Assembly (NCBI GenBank): GCA_016180575.1
Contig: JACPAY010000008.1
Span: 14,234 to 78,233, forward strand
Direction of reading: 5' to 3'
DNA: 64,000 nucleotides
Source of the DNA: Candidatus Omnitrophota bacterium
GTDB taxonomy: Bacteria > Omnitrophota > Gorgyraeia > Aquiviventales > Aquiviventaceae
Below are positions 9,353-19,462 of this stretch, one piece after another. A program made the translations under genes and the position numbers. The notes below the pieces were generated by a model. The model saw only the letters and a program-made list of their open reading frames with translations. It was not told the origin of the DNA and did no database searches. Every line of letters starts with the position of its first letter. The stretch's first letter is position 1.

Positions 9353-10305
9353 CGCTGATCCGCCTGCTGCTCGCCGCCGTCCTGCTTGGAGGAGCGGCGG
9401 GACCGGCTCGAGCGGACACGGTGAACCGCATCGTGGCCATCGTCAACGATGACGTGATCACGCAGGCCGACGTGGACGCCTACCTTGCGTCGGTGCTCGA
9501 GGAGCAGGACCCGCCGCCGGACGCCGAGCCGGCCCAGCTGCGCGGCAGCATCCTGCGGCGCATCATCGAGCAGCGGGTGATCCTCCAGGAGGCCCGCCGG
9601 CAGGGCATCACGGTTGAGACGGACGACATCAGCCAGCGCCTTGAGGAGCTCCGGAAGCGCTTCGAGTCCGAAGAGGCGTTCCGGCAGTCGCTCGAGGAGT
9701 CGCGCCTCTCGATGGAACAGCTCAAGGAGCAGCTGCGCGACCAGCTGATGGTGCAGCGGCTCATCGAGACGAAGATCCGCGCCGCCATCACGGTCAGCCC
9801 CTTCGAGATCGCCAAGGAGCTCGAGGCCCATCCGGAGCTGGCCAGGGTGGGGGATCGCGCGCGCGTCTCCCATCTCCTCGTGCGGGTCAAGCCGGGCCGC
9901 TCGGCCGAGGACGCGCTGCAGACCGTCACGCGCCTCCGCCGCCAGCTCGCGGAGGGGGCGGACTTCGCCGACCTGGCGAGGCGGCATTCCGAGGACCCTC
10001 AGGCGCAGGCCGGCGGGGCGCTGGGCTGGGTGGGCCGCGGGGAGCTGCTGCCGGAGCTTGATCAGGCGCTCTCCACGCTGCGCGTGGGCGAGGTGTCTGA
10101 ACCGATCCAGACGCCGCTCGGATGTCATCTGATCAAGCTGGAGGAAGAACGGGCGGCCGAGGGCCGCGCGGACACGGAGACCCATCAGGCGGTCTACCAG
10201 CAGATCTATCAGAAAAAATTCCAGACGGAGTTCAGCCGCTGGCTGGCCGGCCTGCTGCAGCGCGCCTATATCGAGGTGCTCGCCCCCAGCCAGAACGAGG
10301 GCTGA
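9349..10305 (+). CDS. surA: SurA-like periplasmic chaperone / parvulin-type peptidyl-prolyl isomerase
   Basis: ORF 9349..10305. Has a signal-like N-terminus, a SurA_N-like helical region and one PpiC/parvulin domain (HLLV...GGALGWVGRGELLPELD...GCHLIKLEE). Sits in surA-pdxA-rsmA order. Confidence 0.75.
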   Translation: MTLIRLLLAAVLLGGAAGPARADTVNRIVAIVNDDVITQADVDAYLASVLEEQDPPPDAEPAQLRGSILRRIIEQRVILQEARRQGITVETDDISQRLEELRKRFESEEAFRQSLEESRLSMEQLKEQLRDQLMVQRLIETKIRAAITVSPFEIAKELEAHPELARVGDRARVSHLLVRVKPGRSAEDALQTVTRLRRQLAEGADFADLARRHSEDPQAQAGGALGWVGRGELLPELDQALSTLRVGEVSEPIQTPLGCHLIKLEEERAAEGRADTETHQAVYQQIYQKKFQTEFSRWLAGLLQRAYIEVLAPSQNEG

Positions 10306-11381
10306 TGGCCTCCCCCCAGCCGGTGCTCGCCATCACCTGCGGAGATCCCTGCGGGGTCGGGCCGGAAGTGCTCCTCAAGGCGCTTGCGCAGGCGCGTCCG
10401 CCCCGGCGGCTCCGGCTGGCGGTGATCGGCGATCGCATCGTCTTTGAGGAGACGGCCCGGCGGCTCCGGCGCCGGCTTCCCCCGTGGCGGGTGGTCCGCG
10501 CCCCCCAGCGTCCGCGTCCAGGCGATTCCCTCACGCTCATCGATTGCCGCCGCAGCGACCGGTTTGCGCCGGGACGCTCATCGCGGGAGGCCGGGGCGGC
10601 CTCGCTCGCCTACCTCGAGGAGGCGCTTGCGCTCTGGCGCGCCGGCAGCCTGGGGGCGCTCGTGACCGGGCCGGTCACCAAGTGGGCGATCCGCCGCGTG
10701 CGCCCCTCGTTTGTGGGCCAGACGGAGTACCTGGCGCGCGCCATGAGGATCCGCGATGTCGTGATGCTGTTCGTCTCGGACTCTCTGCGGGTGGCGCTCC
10801 TGACCCGCCATATCCCGCTGCGCCGCGTCGCGGCGGCCGTCGACCGGGGGCTCGTGCAGCGCGCGGCGCGCCTCACCGCCGAGGCGCTGTCGGCCGCGTT
10901 TCGGATCCCCCGGCCGCGCCTGGCCCTGTGCGGGATCAACCCGCATGCCGGGGAAGGCGCACCCGCCTCCGAGGAGCGCCGCGTGCTGCTCCCGGCATTG
11001 CGGGCGCTGCGCCGTGAGGGGATCCGCTGCGAGGGGCCGTTCGCGGCGGACGGGCTGTTCGCCTCCCTGAGCGCTGCGCGGCCGCCCTTTGATGCCGTCA
11101 TCTCGCCCTACCATGACCAGGGGCTCATCCCGTTCAAGATGGTCGCCCGAGACCGCGGCTGCCAGATGAGCGTGGGGCTGCCGATCGTCCGCACCGCACC
11201 CGACCACGGAAGCGCCCTGGACATCGCGGGGCGGGGGGTGGCGGATCCCGGCTCGATGCGCTATGCGCTGGAGCTGGCCATGAGGCTGAGCATGTCCCGG
11301 GACCACGTCCCTGTTTCGCCTCCCTTATCCGATGGCGAAAGAGGGACGCGGTCTCCTCATTTGTATGCTGACGGTGCCTGA
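10305..11381 (+). CDS. pdxA: 4-hydroxythreonine-4-phosphate dehydrogenase
   Basis: ORF 10122..11381; ATG at 10305 overlaps the surA stop. Motifs: MASPQPVLAITCGDPCGVGPEV, GQTEYLA, NPHAGE, PDHGSALDIAG. The last ~30 codons run through a repeat element. Confidence 0.9.
   Translation: MASPQPVLAITCGDPCGVGPEVLLKALAQARPPRRLRLAVIGDRIVFEETARRLRRRLPPWRVVRAPQRPRPGDSLTLIDCRRSDRFAPGRSSREAGAASLAYLEEALALWRAGSLGALVTGPVTKWAIRRVRPSFVGQTEYLARAMRIRDVVMLFVSDSLRVALLTRHIPLRRVAAAVDRGLVQRAARLTAEALSAAFRIPRPRLALCGINPHAGEGAPASEERRVLLPALRALRREGIRCEGPFAADGLFASLSAARPPFDAVISPYHDQGLIPFKMVARDRGCQMSVGLPIVRTAPDHGSALDIAGRGVADPGSMRYALELAMRLSMSRDHVPVSPPLSDGERGTRSPHLYADGA
11294..11363 (+). repeat. Family-1 hairpin repeat, copy a (forward)
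   Basis: GTCCCGGGACCACGTCCCTGTTTCGCC-loop-GGCGAAAGAGGGACGCGGTCTCCTCATTTG. 20-bp arms with 2 mismatches. The right end abuts the rsmA ATG at 11365. Confidence 0.8.
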
Positions 11382-12192
11382 GCTCAAGGCGCTGCTGCGC
11401 TCGCGCGGCCTGCGGCTGACGAAGCGGCTCGGCCAGCATCACCTGGTGGACGCGGCCGTGCTTGAGCGGATCGTGGAGCGCTGCGGGCTCTCATCGCAGG
11501 ACACCGTCGTTGAGATCGGCGCGGGGCTCGGGGCGCTCACCGAGCCGCTGGCCCGGCGCTCCGGCCGCGTCGTGGCGGTGGAGGCCGACCGGGGCATCGC
11601 CAGCGCGCTGGCGGAACGGATGCGATCTCAGCGGAACGTGACGGTCGTGTGCGGGGACATCCTGCGGTTCGCGTGGGCGGACGTCCCCGGCGCCGTCGTG
11701 GTCGGCGCGATCCCCTATCAGCTCACCTCGCCGATCCTCGGGGTACTCGCCGAATCGCGCCGGGCGATCCGGAAGGTCGTGCTGATCATCCAGGAGGAGG
11801 TGGCGCAGCGCCTCCTCGCGTCCCCGGGGACGAAGGCCTACGGGCGGCTCACGCTGCTGGGGCAGTACTGCTGGGACATCAGGCCGCTGCTGGACATCCC
11901 GCGCCGCGCCTTCTTCCCGCAGCCGGCGGTCGATTCCCGGTGCGTGGAGCTGACGCCGAAGACGCGCGGGGCGGTCCGGGTGGCGGATGAGCGGCTGTTC
12001 TTCGACCTGGTGAAGCGGGCGTTCGCGCATCGCCGCAAGACGCTGGTCAACTGCCTCAGCGGCCCGGGCGGCCTGCCGCGCGCCGAGGCGGAAACCCTCG
12101 TGGCGGCGCTGGGCCTGCCGCCCGCCGTGCGGGGGGAAACACTCTCGCTTGCGCAGTTCGCGGCGCTTGCGAACCTCCTCGGCTCCTGCTGA
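11365..12192 (+). CDS. rsmA: 16S rRNA (adenine1518/1519-N6)-dimethyltransferase
   Basis: ORF 11332..12192. Motifs: LGQHHLVD, VVEIGAGLGALT SAM motif, IPYQLTSP. ATG at 11365 is preferred because 11332 lies inside the repeat; the start is uncertain. Confidence 0.9.
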   Translation: MLTVPELKALLRSRGLRLTKRLGQHHLVDAAVLERIVERCGLSSQDTVVEIGAGLGALTEPLARRSGRVVAVEADRGIASALAERMRSQRNVTVVCGDILRFAWADVPGAVVVGAIPYQLTSPILGVLAESRRAIRKVVLIIQEEVAQRLLASPGTKAYGRLTLLGQYCWDIRPLLDIPRRAFFPQPAVDSRCVELTPKTRGAVRVADERLFFDLVKRAFAHRRKTLVNCLSGPGGLPRAEAETLVAALGLPPAVRGETLSLAQFAALANLLGSC

Positions 12193-12210
12193 GAAGTGCC
12201 TGGCACTTTT

Positions 12211-12219
12211 TGCTATAAT
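12211..12219 (+). promoter_or_regulatory. Putative extended -10 promoter element TGcTATAAT upstream of gatC
   Basis: TGCTATAAT at 12211-12219, 10 nt before the gatC ATG region. It is preceded by the palindrome AAGTGCC-T-GGCACTT and a T5 run. Confidence 0.35.
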
Positions 12220-12228
12220 GCGGATGAG

Positions 12229-12522
12229 ATGACCGTCGTGACGCCGGAGATCGTCAGACAGGTCGCGCTGCTGGCGCGCCTGCGGCTGGAAGGCCAGGCG
12301 CTGGCGCAGCTGGCCGCGCAGCTCGATGAGATCCTGCAGTACATCCAGCAGCTGCAGGCGGTCAAGACGGATTCCGTCGAGCCGACCAGCCATGTCCTGC
12401 CGCTCTCCAACGTCCTCCGGAAGGATGAGCCCGGCGCCTGCCTCAGCCAGGAGACGGTGCTGGCTCTTGCCCCCGCCACGCAGCGCCCCTTCGTGACCGT
12501 CCCCAAAGTGCTCGAGACGTAA
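12229..12522 (+). CDS. gatC: Asp/Glu-tRNA amidotransferase subunit C
   Basis: ORF 12196..12522; ATG at 12229 chosen. VRQVALLARLRLEGQALAQLAAQLDEILQYIQQLQAV...EPTSH matches GatC. gatA and gatB follow. Confidence 0.9.
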   Translation: MTVVTPEIVRQVALLARLRLEGQALAQLAAQLDEILQYIQQLQAVKTDSVEPTSHVLPLSNVLRKDEPGACLSQETVLALAPATQRPFVTVPKVLET

Positions 12523-12530
12523 CCCCGCGC

Positions 12531-14063
12531 ATGGCGTCCGGTGAGCTCGCAGCGAAGACGGTTCATGAGCTGCGCGCCCTCATCGCGCGGGGAACGCTCT
12601 CGCCCCTCGACCTGCTCGAGGACCTCCTGGCGCGCATCGAGCGCGTGAATCCCTCGGTGCACGCGTACCTGGCCATTGAGCCGGATCGCCTGCGGCAGCA
12701 GGCCGCCATCCAGCTGCGCGAGGCCCCGCGCGGCGGGCGGCTCCACGGGATTCCCATCACGATCAAGGACAACATCTGCGTCAGGGGCGAGGAGACGAGC
12801 TGCGGGTCGCGCATCCTCGCGGGATTTCGGCCGCCATACGACGCCACGGTGATCGAGCGGCTCCGGCAGGAGGGAGCGCTCATCCTCCCGCGCGCGAACA
12901 TGGATGAGTTCGCGTTCGGCTCCTCGACGGAGAACTCGGCGTTCGGGCCGACGCGCAACCCGCGGGCTTCGGGGCTCGACCGCGTCCCCGGCGGCTCAAG
13001 CGGCGGCTCGGCCGCGGCCGTGGCGGCGGACCTGGCGGTCGCGGCGCTGGGCAGCGACACCGGCGGCTCGATCCGGCAGCCCGCCTCGTTCTGCGGCATC
13101 GTCGGCCTCAAGCCCACCTATGGGCGGGTGTCGCGCTACGGCCTCGTGGCATTCGCCTCCTCGCTCGACCAGATCGGCCCGCTCACCAAAGACGCGGAGG
13201 ACGCGGCCATCCTCCTTTCGGTCATTGCCGGGCATGACCCGCGGGATTCCACCTCGGCGCCCGTCGAGGTGCCCGACTACGGGGCGCTGCTCAAGGAGCC
13301 GCCCAAGGGGCTGACCCTCGGCGTCCCGGCGCTGCCAGGCGCCGAGGGGCTCAGCCCGAATGTCCGCGCGGCGGTCGATCAGGCGCTGGAGGCGTTCCGC
13401 TCGCTCGGGATCAAGACGGTGCCGGTCGAGCTGCCGCACATCGACAAGGCGATCGCGACGTACTACATCATCGCAACCGCCGAGGCCAGCTCCAACCTCG
13501 CGCGGTACGACGGCGTGCAGTACGGCCGCCGAGGCCAGCTCCAACCTCGCGCGGTACGACGGCGTGCAGTACGGGTTCCGCCTGCCTGCCGCGCCGCCGT
13601 CAACGGGAGCCGGCGCGGCGCAGGCAGGGGCCTCCCGCAACTCCCTGATGGACATGTACCTGGACACGCGCAGCCAGGGGTTCGGCGCCGAGGCCAAGCG
13701 CCGCATCCTCCTGGGCACCTACGTCCTCTCGCAGGGCTACTACGACGCGTACTACCTGAAGGGGATGCGGGTGCGCACGCTCATCAAGCAGGGGTTTGAT
13801 GAAGCGCTGAAGCGCTGCGACGCCGTCGTGATGCCGACGGCGCCCACGCCCGCCTTCCGGCTCGGGGAGAAGATCAGCGATCCCCTGGAGATGTACCTCT
13901 CGGACATCTACACGATCTCCGCCAACCTGGCCGGGGTGCCGGCGCTTTCGGTCCCGTGCGGCCGCTCGCCGGAGGGGCTGCCGATCGGGCTGCAGCTCCT
14001 CGCCCGGCCGTTTGAGGAAGCGACGCTGCTCCGGCTGGCCTACGCGTACGAGCAGGCGGCGGC

Positions 14064-14067
<4 letters not shown>
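12531..14067 (+). pseudogene. gatA: Glutamyl-tRNA(Gln) amidotransferase subunit A, frame broken by a 49-bp tandem duplication (as sequenced)
   Basis: ORFs 12531..13799 and 13360..14067 together cover a full GatA (amidase signature GGSSGGSAAAVAA, GSDTGGSIRQPA). The peptide [16 protein letters not shown] is encoded twice. Deleting one 49-bp copy gives one 1488-nt ORF. Confidence 0.9.
13477..13574 (+). repeat. Perfect 49-bp direct tandem duplication (2 copies) inside gatA
   Basis: 13477-13525 equals 13526-13574 base for base, and the flanks differ on both sides. 49 mod 3 = 1, so a +1 frameshift results. Confidence 0.95.
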
Positions 14068-15499
<1,432 letters not shown>

Positions 15500-15503
<4 letters not shown>

Positions 15504-16870
15504 CGTGGAACCGCATGGTGAACCCCGCCCCATGGGGCGGGGTGAAGGCGTGGCTGGCGGCGGCGGTGTTCGCCGTGGCCGTCCTGGGGGTTCGGCACAC
15601 GGCGACGCTGGGCGCGAAGGCCAGCGCCCCGCCGGAGGCCTCGGAGAACGAGGACATCTACAAGGAGCTGGAGCTCTTCGAGCACGCGCTCTCGATCGTC
15701 CGCTCCGACTACGTGGAAGAGCCCAAGGCCAAGGACCTGATCTACGGCGCGCTGAAGGGCATGCTCGCCGTGCTCGATCCCTACAGCCAGTTCCTCGACC
15801 CGGACAGCTATAACGAGCTGAAGGTGGACACGGAGGGGGAATTCGGCGGGCTGGGCATCGAGATCACCATCAAGGACGACCTGCTGACCATCATCTCGCC
15901 CATCGACGACACGCCCGCGTTCAAGGCGGGGCTCAAGGCGAACGACCGGATCGTCAAGATCAACGGGGAGCTCACGCGCGGGATCACCCTGCTCGAGGCG
16001 GTGAAGAAGCTGCGGGGCAAGCCCGGCACCCCGGTGGCGCTCACCATCTTCCGCGAGGGCGAGACGGAGCTTGAGGAGGTGACGCTGGAGCGGGCGGTCA
16101 TCACCATCCAGAGCGTGCGGGAGGCCAGCATCCTCGAGGACCACATCGCGTACATCCGGCTGTCCGATTTCCGCGAGCGGACCACCGACGACCTGGCGGC
16201 CGCGGTCGGCAAGCTGAAGGAGCAGGGCATGGACAGCATCATCCTCGACCTGCGGAACAACCCCGGGGGGCTGCTGGATGTGTCCGTCTCGGTCTCGGAG
16301 CTGTTCCTTGAGCGCAACCAGCTCATCGTGAGCACGAAGGGCCGCCTTCGGAACCAGAACCAGGAGCTGCGCTCCCGCATGACCGGGCCGGTGAACGACC
16401 TGCCGCTGGTCGTGCTGATCAACGAGGGCTCGGCGTCCGCCTCCGAGATCGTCGCGGGGGCGATCCAGGACCACCACCGGGGCATCATCATGGGGACCAA
16501 GTCGCACGGGAAGGCCTCCGTGCAGACGATCTTCCCGCTGAAGGACGGAAGCGCCTTGCGCCTCACGACCAGCGCCTACTTCACGCCGGAGGGCCGGTCG
16601 ATCCACGGCCAGGGGATCGTCCCCGACGTGATGGTGCCGTTCGAGAAGGCGCCGGAGCAGAAACCCAAGGGGCCGACGGAGGATCAGGTGTTCGAGCGGA
16701 TCGAGTCCGACCCGGATGTCCAGGACGCGGTGGAGAAGCCCTCCGATGACCTGGTGGAACGCAAGCGCACGGACAACCAGCTCGCCCGGGCAATCGATCT
16801 GCTGAAAGGGATCAAGGTCTATCAAGCTGAGGGACGGCTTCGTGCCCAAGGACGGCGCCGCGTCTACTGA
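15500..16870 (+). CDS. ctpA: Carboxyl-terminal processing protease (S41 family, PDZ domain)
   Basis: ORF 15500..16870. Has an N-terminal signal/TM, a PDZ region (GGLGIEI...DDTPAFKAGLKANDRIVKING) and S41 motifs (LDLRNNPGG, GSASASEI, GTKSHGKAS). Confidence 0.9.
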
Positions 16871-17903
16871 CCGCGGCGCGGGGAACCCCATCCGCATTCT
16901 CGGCATCGAGACCTCGTGCGATGAGACGGCCGTCGGCATCGTCGAGGACGGCCGGCGCATCCTCAGCAACGCGGTGGCCTCAAGCCTGCCGCTCCACGCG
17001 CCCTACGGGGGCGTCATCCCGGAGATCGCCGCCCGCGCCCATGTCGAAACCATCTGGGACGTCACGACCCAGGCGCTGGCGGAGGCGCACCTCTCCCCGG
17101 CGGACCTCGATGCGGTGGCCGTCACGCAGGGGCCCGGCCTGCCCGGCGCCCTCCTCACGGGCCTCTCGTTCGCCAAGGGCCTCGCGCTCAGCCTCGACCG
17201 CCCGCTGATTCCCGTCGACCACCTGGCCGCCCATCTCTATGCGGGCGAGATGTCCGATGAGTCCGTGCAGCCGCCCTACGTAGGGCTGGTCGTCTCGGGC
17301 GGGCACACCGTCCTGTGCGTGGCGCACCCCGACTGCCGCTTCGAGCTGCTCGGGGAGACGAAAGACGACGCGGTCGGCGAGGCGTTCGACAAGGTCGCGA
17401 AGCTGCTGGGCCTCGGCTATCCCGGCGGGCCGGCGATCGACCGGGTCTCGGATGAGGGCCGCGCGGCCTCGGTGGTCCTGCCGAGGTCGCACAGCAAGCA
17501 GCCGTTCGACTTCAGCTTCAGCGGCCTCAAGACGGCGGTGGTCCAGTACGTGCGGAAGGTCTCCGAAGGGCAACCGCAGGGCCTCCAGGCGCAGCAGGTC
17601 GCCGACATCGCCGCCGGGTTCCAGGAGGCGGCGGTGGACGTCCTCGTGACGAAGACGCTGCGGGCGGCCCAGCGGACCGGCGTGCGCCGCGTGGTGGCTG
17701 GCGGCGGGGTGGCGGCCAACCGGCGGCTGCGCGCGCGGTTGAGCGAGGCCGGGGCCGCGAACAAGCTGCAGGTGGTGTTTCCGCCGCCTGCGCTGTGCGT
17801 GGACAACGGCGCCATGATTGCGGGATTGGCCTACCCGCTGCTGCAGCGCGGCCGCGTCGCGCCGCTTTCGATCGCCAGCGACCCGAACCTCTGTCTCGTC
17901 TAA
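16842..17903 (+). CDS. tsaD: tRNA N6-adenosine threonylcarbamoyltransferase
   Basis: ORF 16842..17903. ILGIETSCDETAV, HxxxH-type metal site region (AARAHVE), GGGVAAN. Confidence 0.93.
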   Translation: MPKDGAASTDRGAGNPIRILGIETSCDETAVGIVEDGRRILSNAVASSLPLHAPYGGVIPEIAARAHVETIWDVTTQALAEAHLSPADLDAVAVTQGPGLPGALLTGLSFAKGLALSLDRPLIPVDHLAAHLYAGEMSDESVQPPYVGLVVSGGHTVLCVAHPDCRFELLGETKDDAVGEAFDKVAKLLGLGYPGGPAIDRVSDEGRAASVVLPRSHSKQPFDFSFSGLKTAVVQYVRKVSEGQPQGLQAQQVADIAAGFQEAAVDVLVTKTLRAAQRTGVRRVVAGGGVAANRRLRARLSEAGAANKLQVVFPPPALCVDNGAMIAGLAYPLLQRGRVAPLSIASDPNLCLV

Positions 17904-17909
17904 AAATCG

Positions 17910-18569
17910 ATGACTGATCTTGTGATTCTCCAGCGGCTGCTGCTCATCACCCTGATTGCGGGCGCCATCGGGTTTGAGCGGGAGCGCCGGGGGCGGGCCG
18001 CGGGGTTCCGGACCCACATCCTGGTCGGGGTCGGGGCGTGCCTCATCATGCTCACCGGCCTGTACCTGGCCGAGAGCCTCGCGGGCCGGACGGAGCTCGA
18101 CCCGACGCGGATGGCCGCTCAGGTCATCAGCGGCATCGGGTTTCTCGGGGCGGGGACCATCCTGCGGTTCCGGGCCTCCGTGCGCGGGCTGACGACGGCG
18201 GCCAGCCTCTGGACCGTGGGCGGCGTGGGGGTGGCGGTCGGCGCCGGCTTCGTGCACGGGGCGCTGCTCACCGGCCTGACGCTGATCCTGGTCCTGTTCG
18301 GCCTCTCGCGCCTGGAGCAGGCCATGCGGAAGGATTGGTACCAGACCCTCATCGTGGAGACGGTCGGGACGCCTGAGGAGCTCGTGCGGGTCCGGGCGCT
18401 CCTGGCCGAGTACGATCTGGAGATCCACGACCTCGATGTCAAACCGGGCCACCAGGCGGACCGGGTGCGGCTCGAGTTCCAGGTGAAGTCGGCGGTCGAC
18501 CAGCCGCGGGAGGAGATCATCGAGCATCTGCGGCGCTCCACGCGCGCGGTGGAGGCGCACTGGGTGTAA
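17910..18569 (+). CDS. mgtC: MgtC/SapB family membrane protein
   Basis: ORF 17910..18569. LLLITLIAGAIGFERE...AGFRTHILVGVGACL, several TM helices and an ACT-like soluble C-terminus. Confidence 0.85.
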   Translation: MTDLVILQRLLLITLIAGAIGFERERRGRAAGFRTHILVGVGACLIMLTGLYLAESLAGRTELDPTRMAAQVISGIGFLGAGTILRFRASVRGLTTAASLWTVGGVGVAVGAGFVHGALLTGLTLILVLFGLSRLEQAMRKDWYQTLIVETVGTPEELVRVRALLAEYDLEIHDLDVKPGHQADRVRLEFQVKSAVDQPREEIIEHLRRSTRAVEAHWV

Positions 18570-18583
18570 CAAAAGGAGGGGCG

Positions 18584-19114
18584 ATGGCTATTCGACGGCA
18601 GCGGCCGGAGGAAAGCAGGGAGGAGCGGTGGCTTGAGGTCGATGCGAGCATGACCGGGACGCTCGCGTTCAAGGACCCGGTCAACCTGCAGATCAACGGG
18701 CGGTTTGAGGGCACGCTGGATACCAAGGGCCACCTGGCCATTGGCGAGAAGGCGCAAGTCAAGGCCACCATCACGGGCGAGTCGATCACCATCCGGGGCG
18801 CGGTGACCGGCAACATCACCGCGACGGGCAGGGTCGAGCTGCTCTCGACGGCCCGGGTCACCGGAAAGGTCACCAGCCCTCGGGTGAGCATGGAGGATGG
18901 CGCGATCCTCCAGGGGACGCTGGAGATGTCCGGGGGAATCGGCCAGAGCGCCTGGATGACGATCGAGGAGTTGGCCCGCTATCTCGAAGTGGACGTCGAG
19001 ACCGTCACGCAATGGGCGAAGGGCGGGCGGCTGCCGGCGCAGCAGGAGGGCGACCGGTGGCGGTTTGAGCGGGCGAAGGTGGAAGAGTGGCTGGCGCAGG
19101 AGAAAGTGAAGTAG
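18584..19114 (+). CDS. Bactofilin-domain protein fused to a C-terminal excisionase/MerR-type helix-turn-helix
   Basis: ORF 18584..19114. Has bactofilin beta-helix repeats (INGRFEGTLDTKGHLAIGEKAQVKATITGESITIRGAVTGNITATGRVELLSTARVTGKV). These are followed by WMTIEELARYLEVDVETVTQWAKGGRLPAQQEGDRWRFERAKVEEWL. SD AAAGGAGGGG lies upstream. Confidence 0.75.
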   Translation: MAIRRQRPEESREERWLEVDASMTGTLAFKDPVNLQINGRFEGTLDTKGHLAIGEKAQVKATITGESITIRGAVTGNITATGRVELLSTARVTGKVTSPRVSMEDGAILQGTLEMSGGIGQSAWMTIEELARYLEVDVETVTQWAKGGRLPAQQEGDRWRFERAKVEEWLAQEKVK

Positions 19115-19150
19115 GCGCGGCACTGAACGGAGGCGGGTGCACGGAGGACG

Positions 19151-19462
19151 ATGGAGAAGTTGTGGACCACAAGCGAGGTGGCGCAGTTCCTTGGCGTCAC
19201 GGAACTTGACGTGGAGGAGCTGGTCCGTCAAGGGAAACTGACGGGCTACAAGCTCGGGGGGCAGTTCCTGCGGTTCCGCCCCGGCCAGGTGCAAGCCCTG
19301 AAAGGCACGGTGTCGTTTCGGCCGTATGTGGGGAGGCCTGCCGTGGAGCGCGCCGGCGCCTGGCGGCAGCGGATGCGGGACTTCCTCTATTTTTACGATT
19401 TCTATCTGGTGTCGGCGGCGTTCCTGGCCGTGCTCGTCATCTACCTCATCGCTGCGGGGTGA
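19151..19462 (+). CDS. Excisionase-family HTH protein with C-terminal transmembrane anchor
   Basis: ORF 19151..19462. LWTTSEVAQFLGVTELDVEELVRQGKLTGYKLGGQFLRFRPGQV (HTH_17-like), then hydrophobic FLYFYDFYLVSAAFLAVLVIYLIAAG. Confidence 0.7.
   Translation: MEKLWTTSEVAQFLGVTELDVEELVRQGKLTGYKLGGQFLRFRPGQVQALKGTVSFRPYVGRPAVERAGAWRQRMRDFLYFYDFYLVSAAFLAVLVIYLIAAG

Noticed and set aside
12199-12215. TGGCAC…TTGC-like sequence suggesting a sigma-54 promoter before gatC.
   Set aside because: The GG and GC dinucleotides are separated by 8 nt instead of the canonical 10. The TGcTATAAT extended -10 reading fits better.
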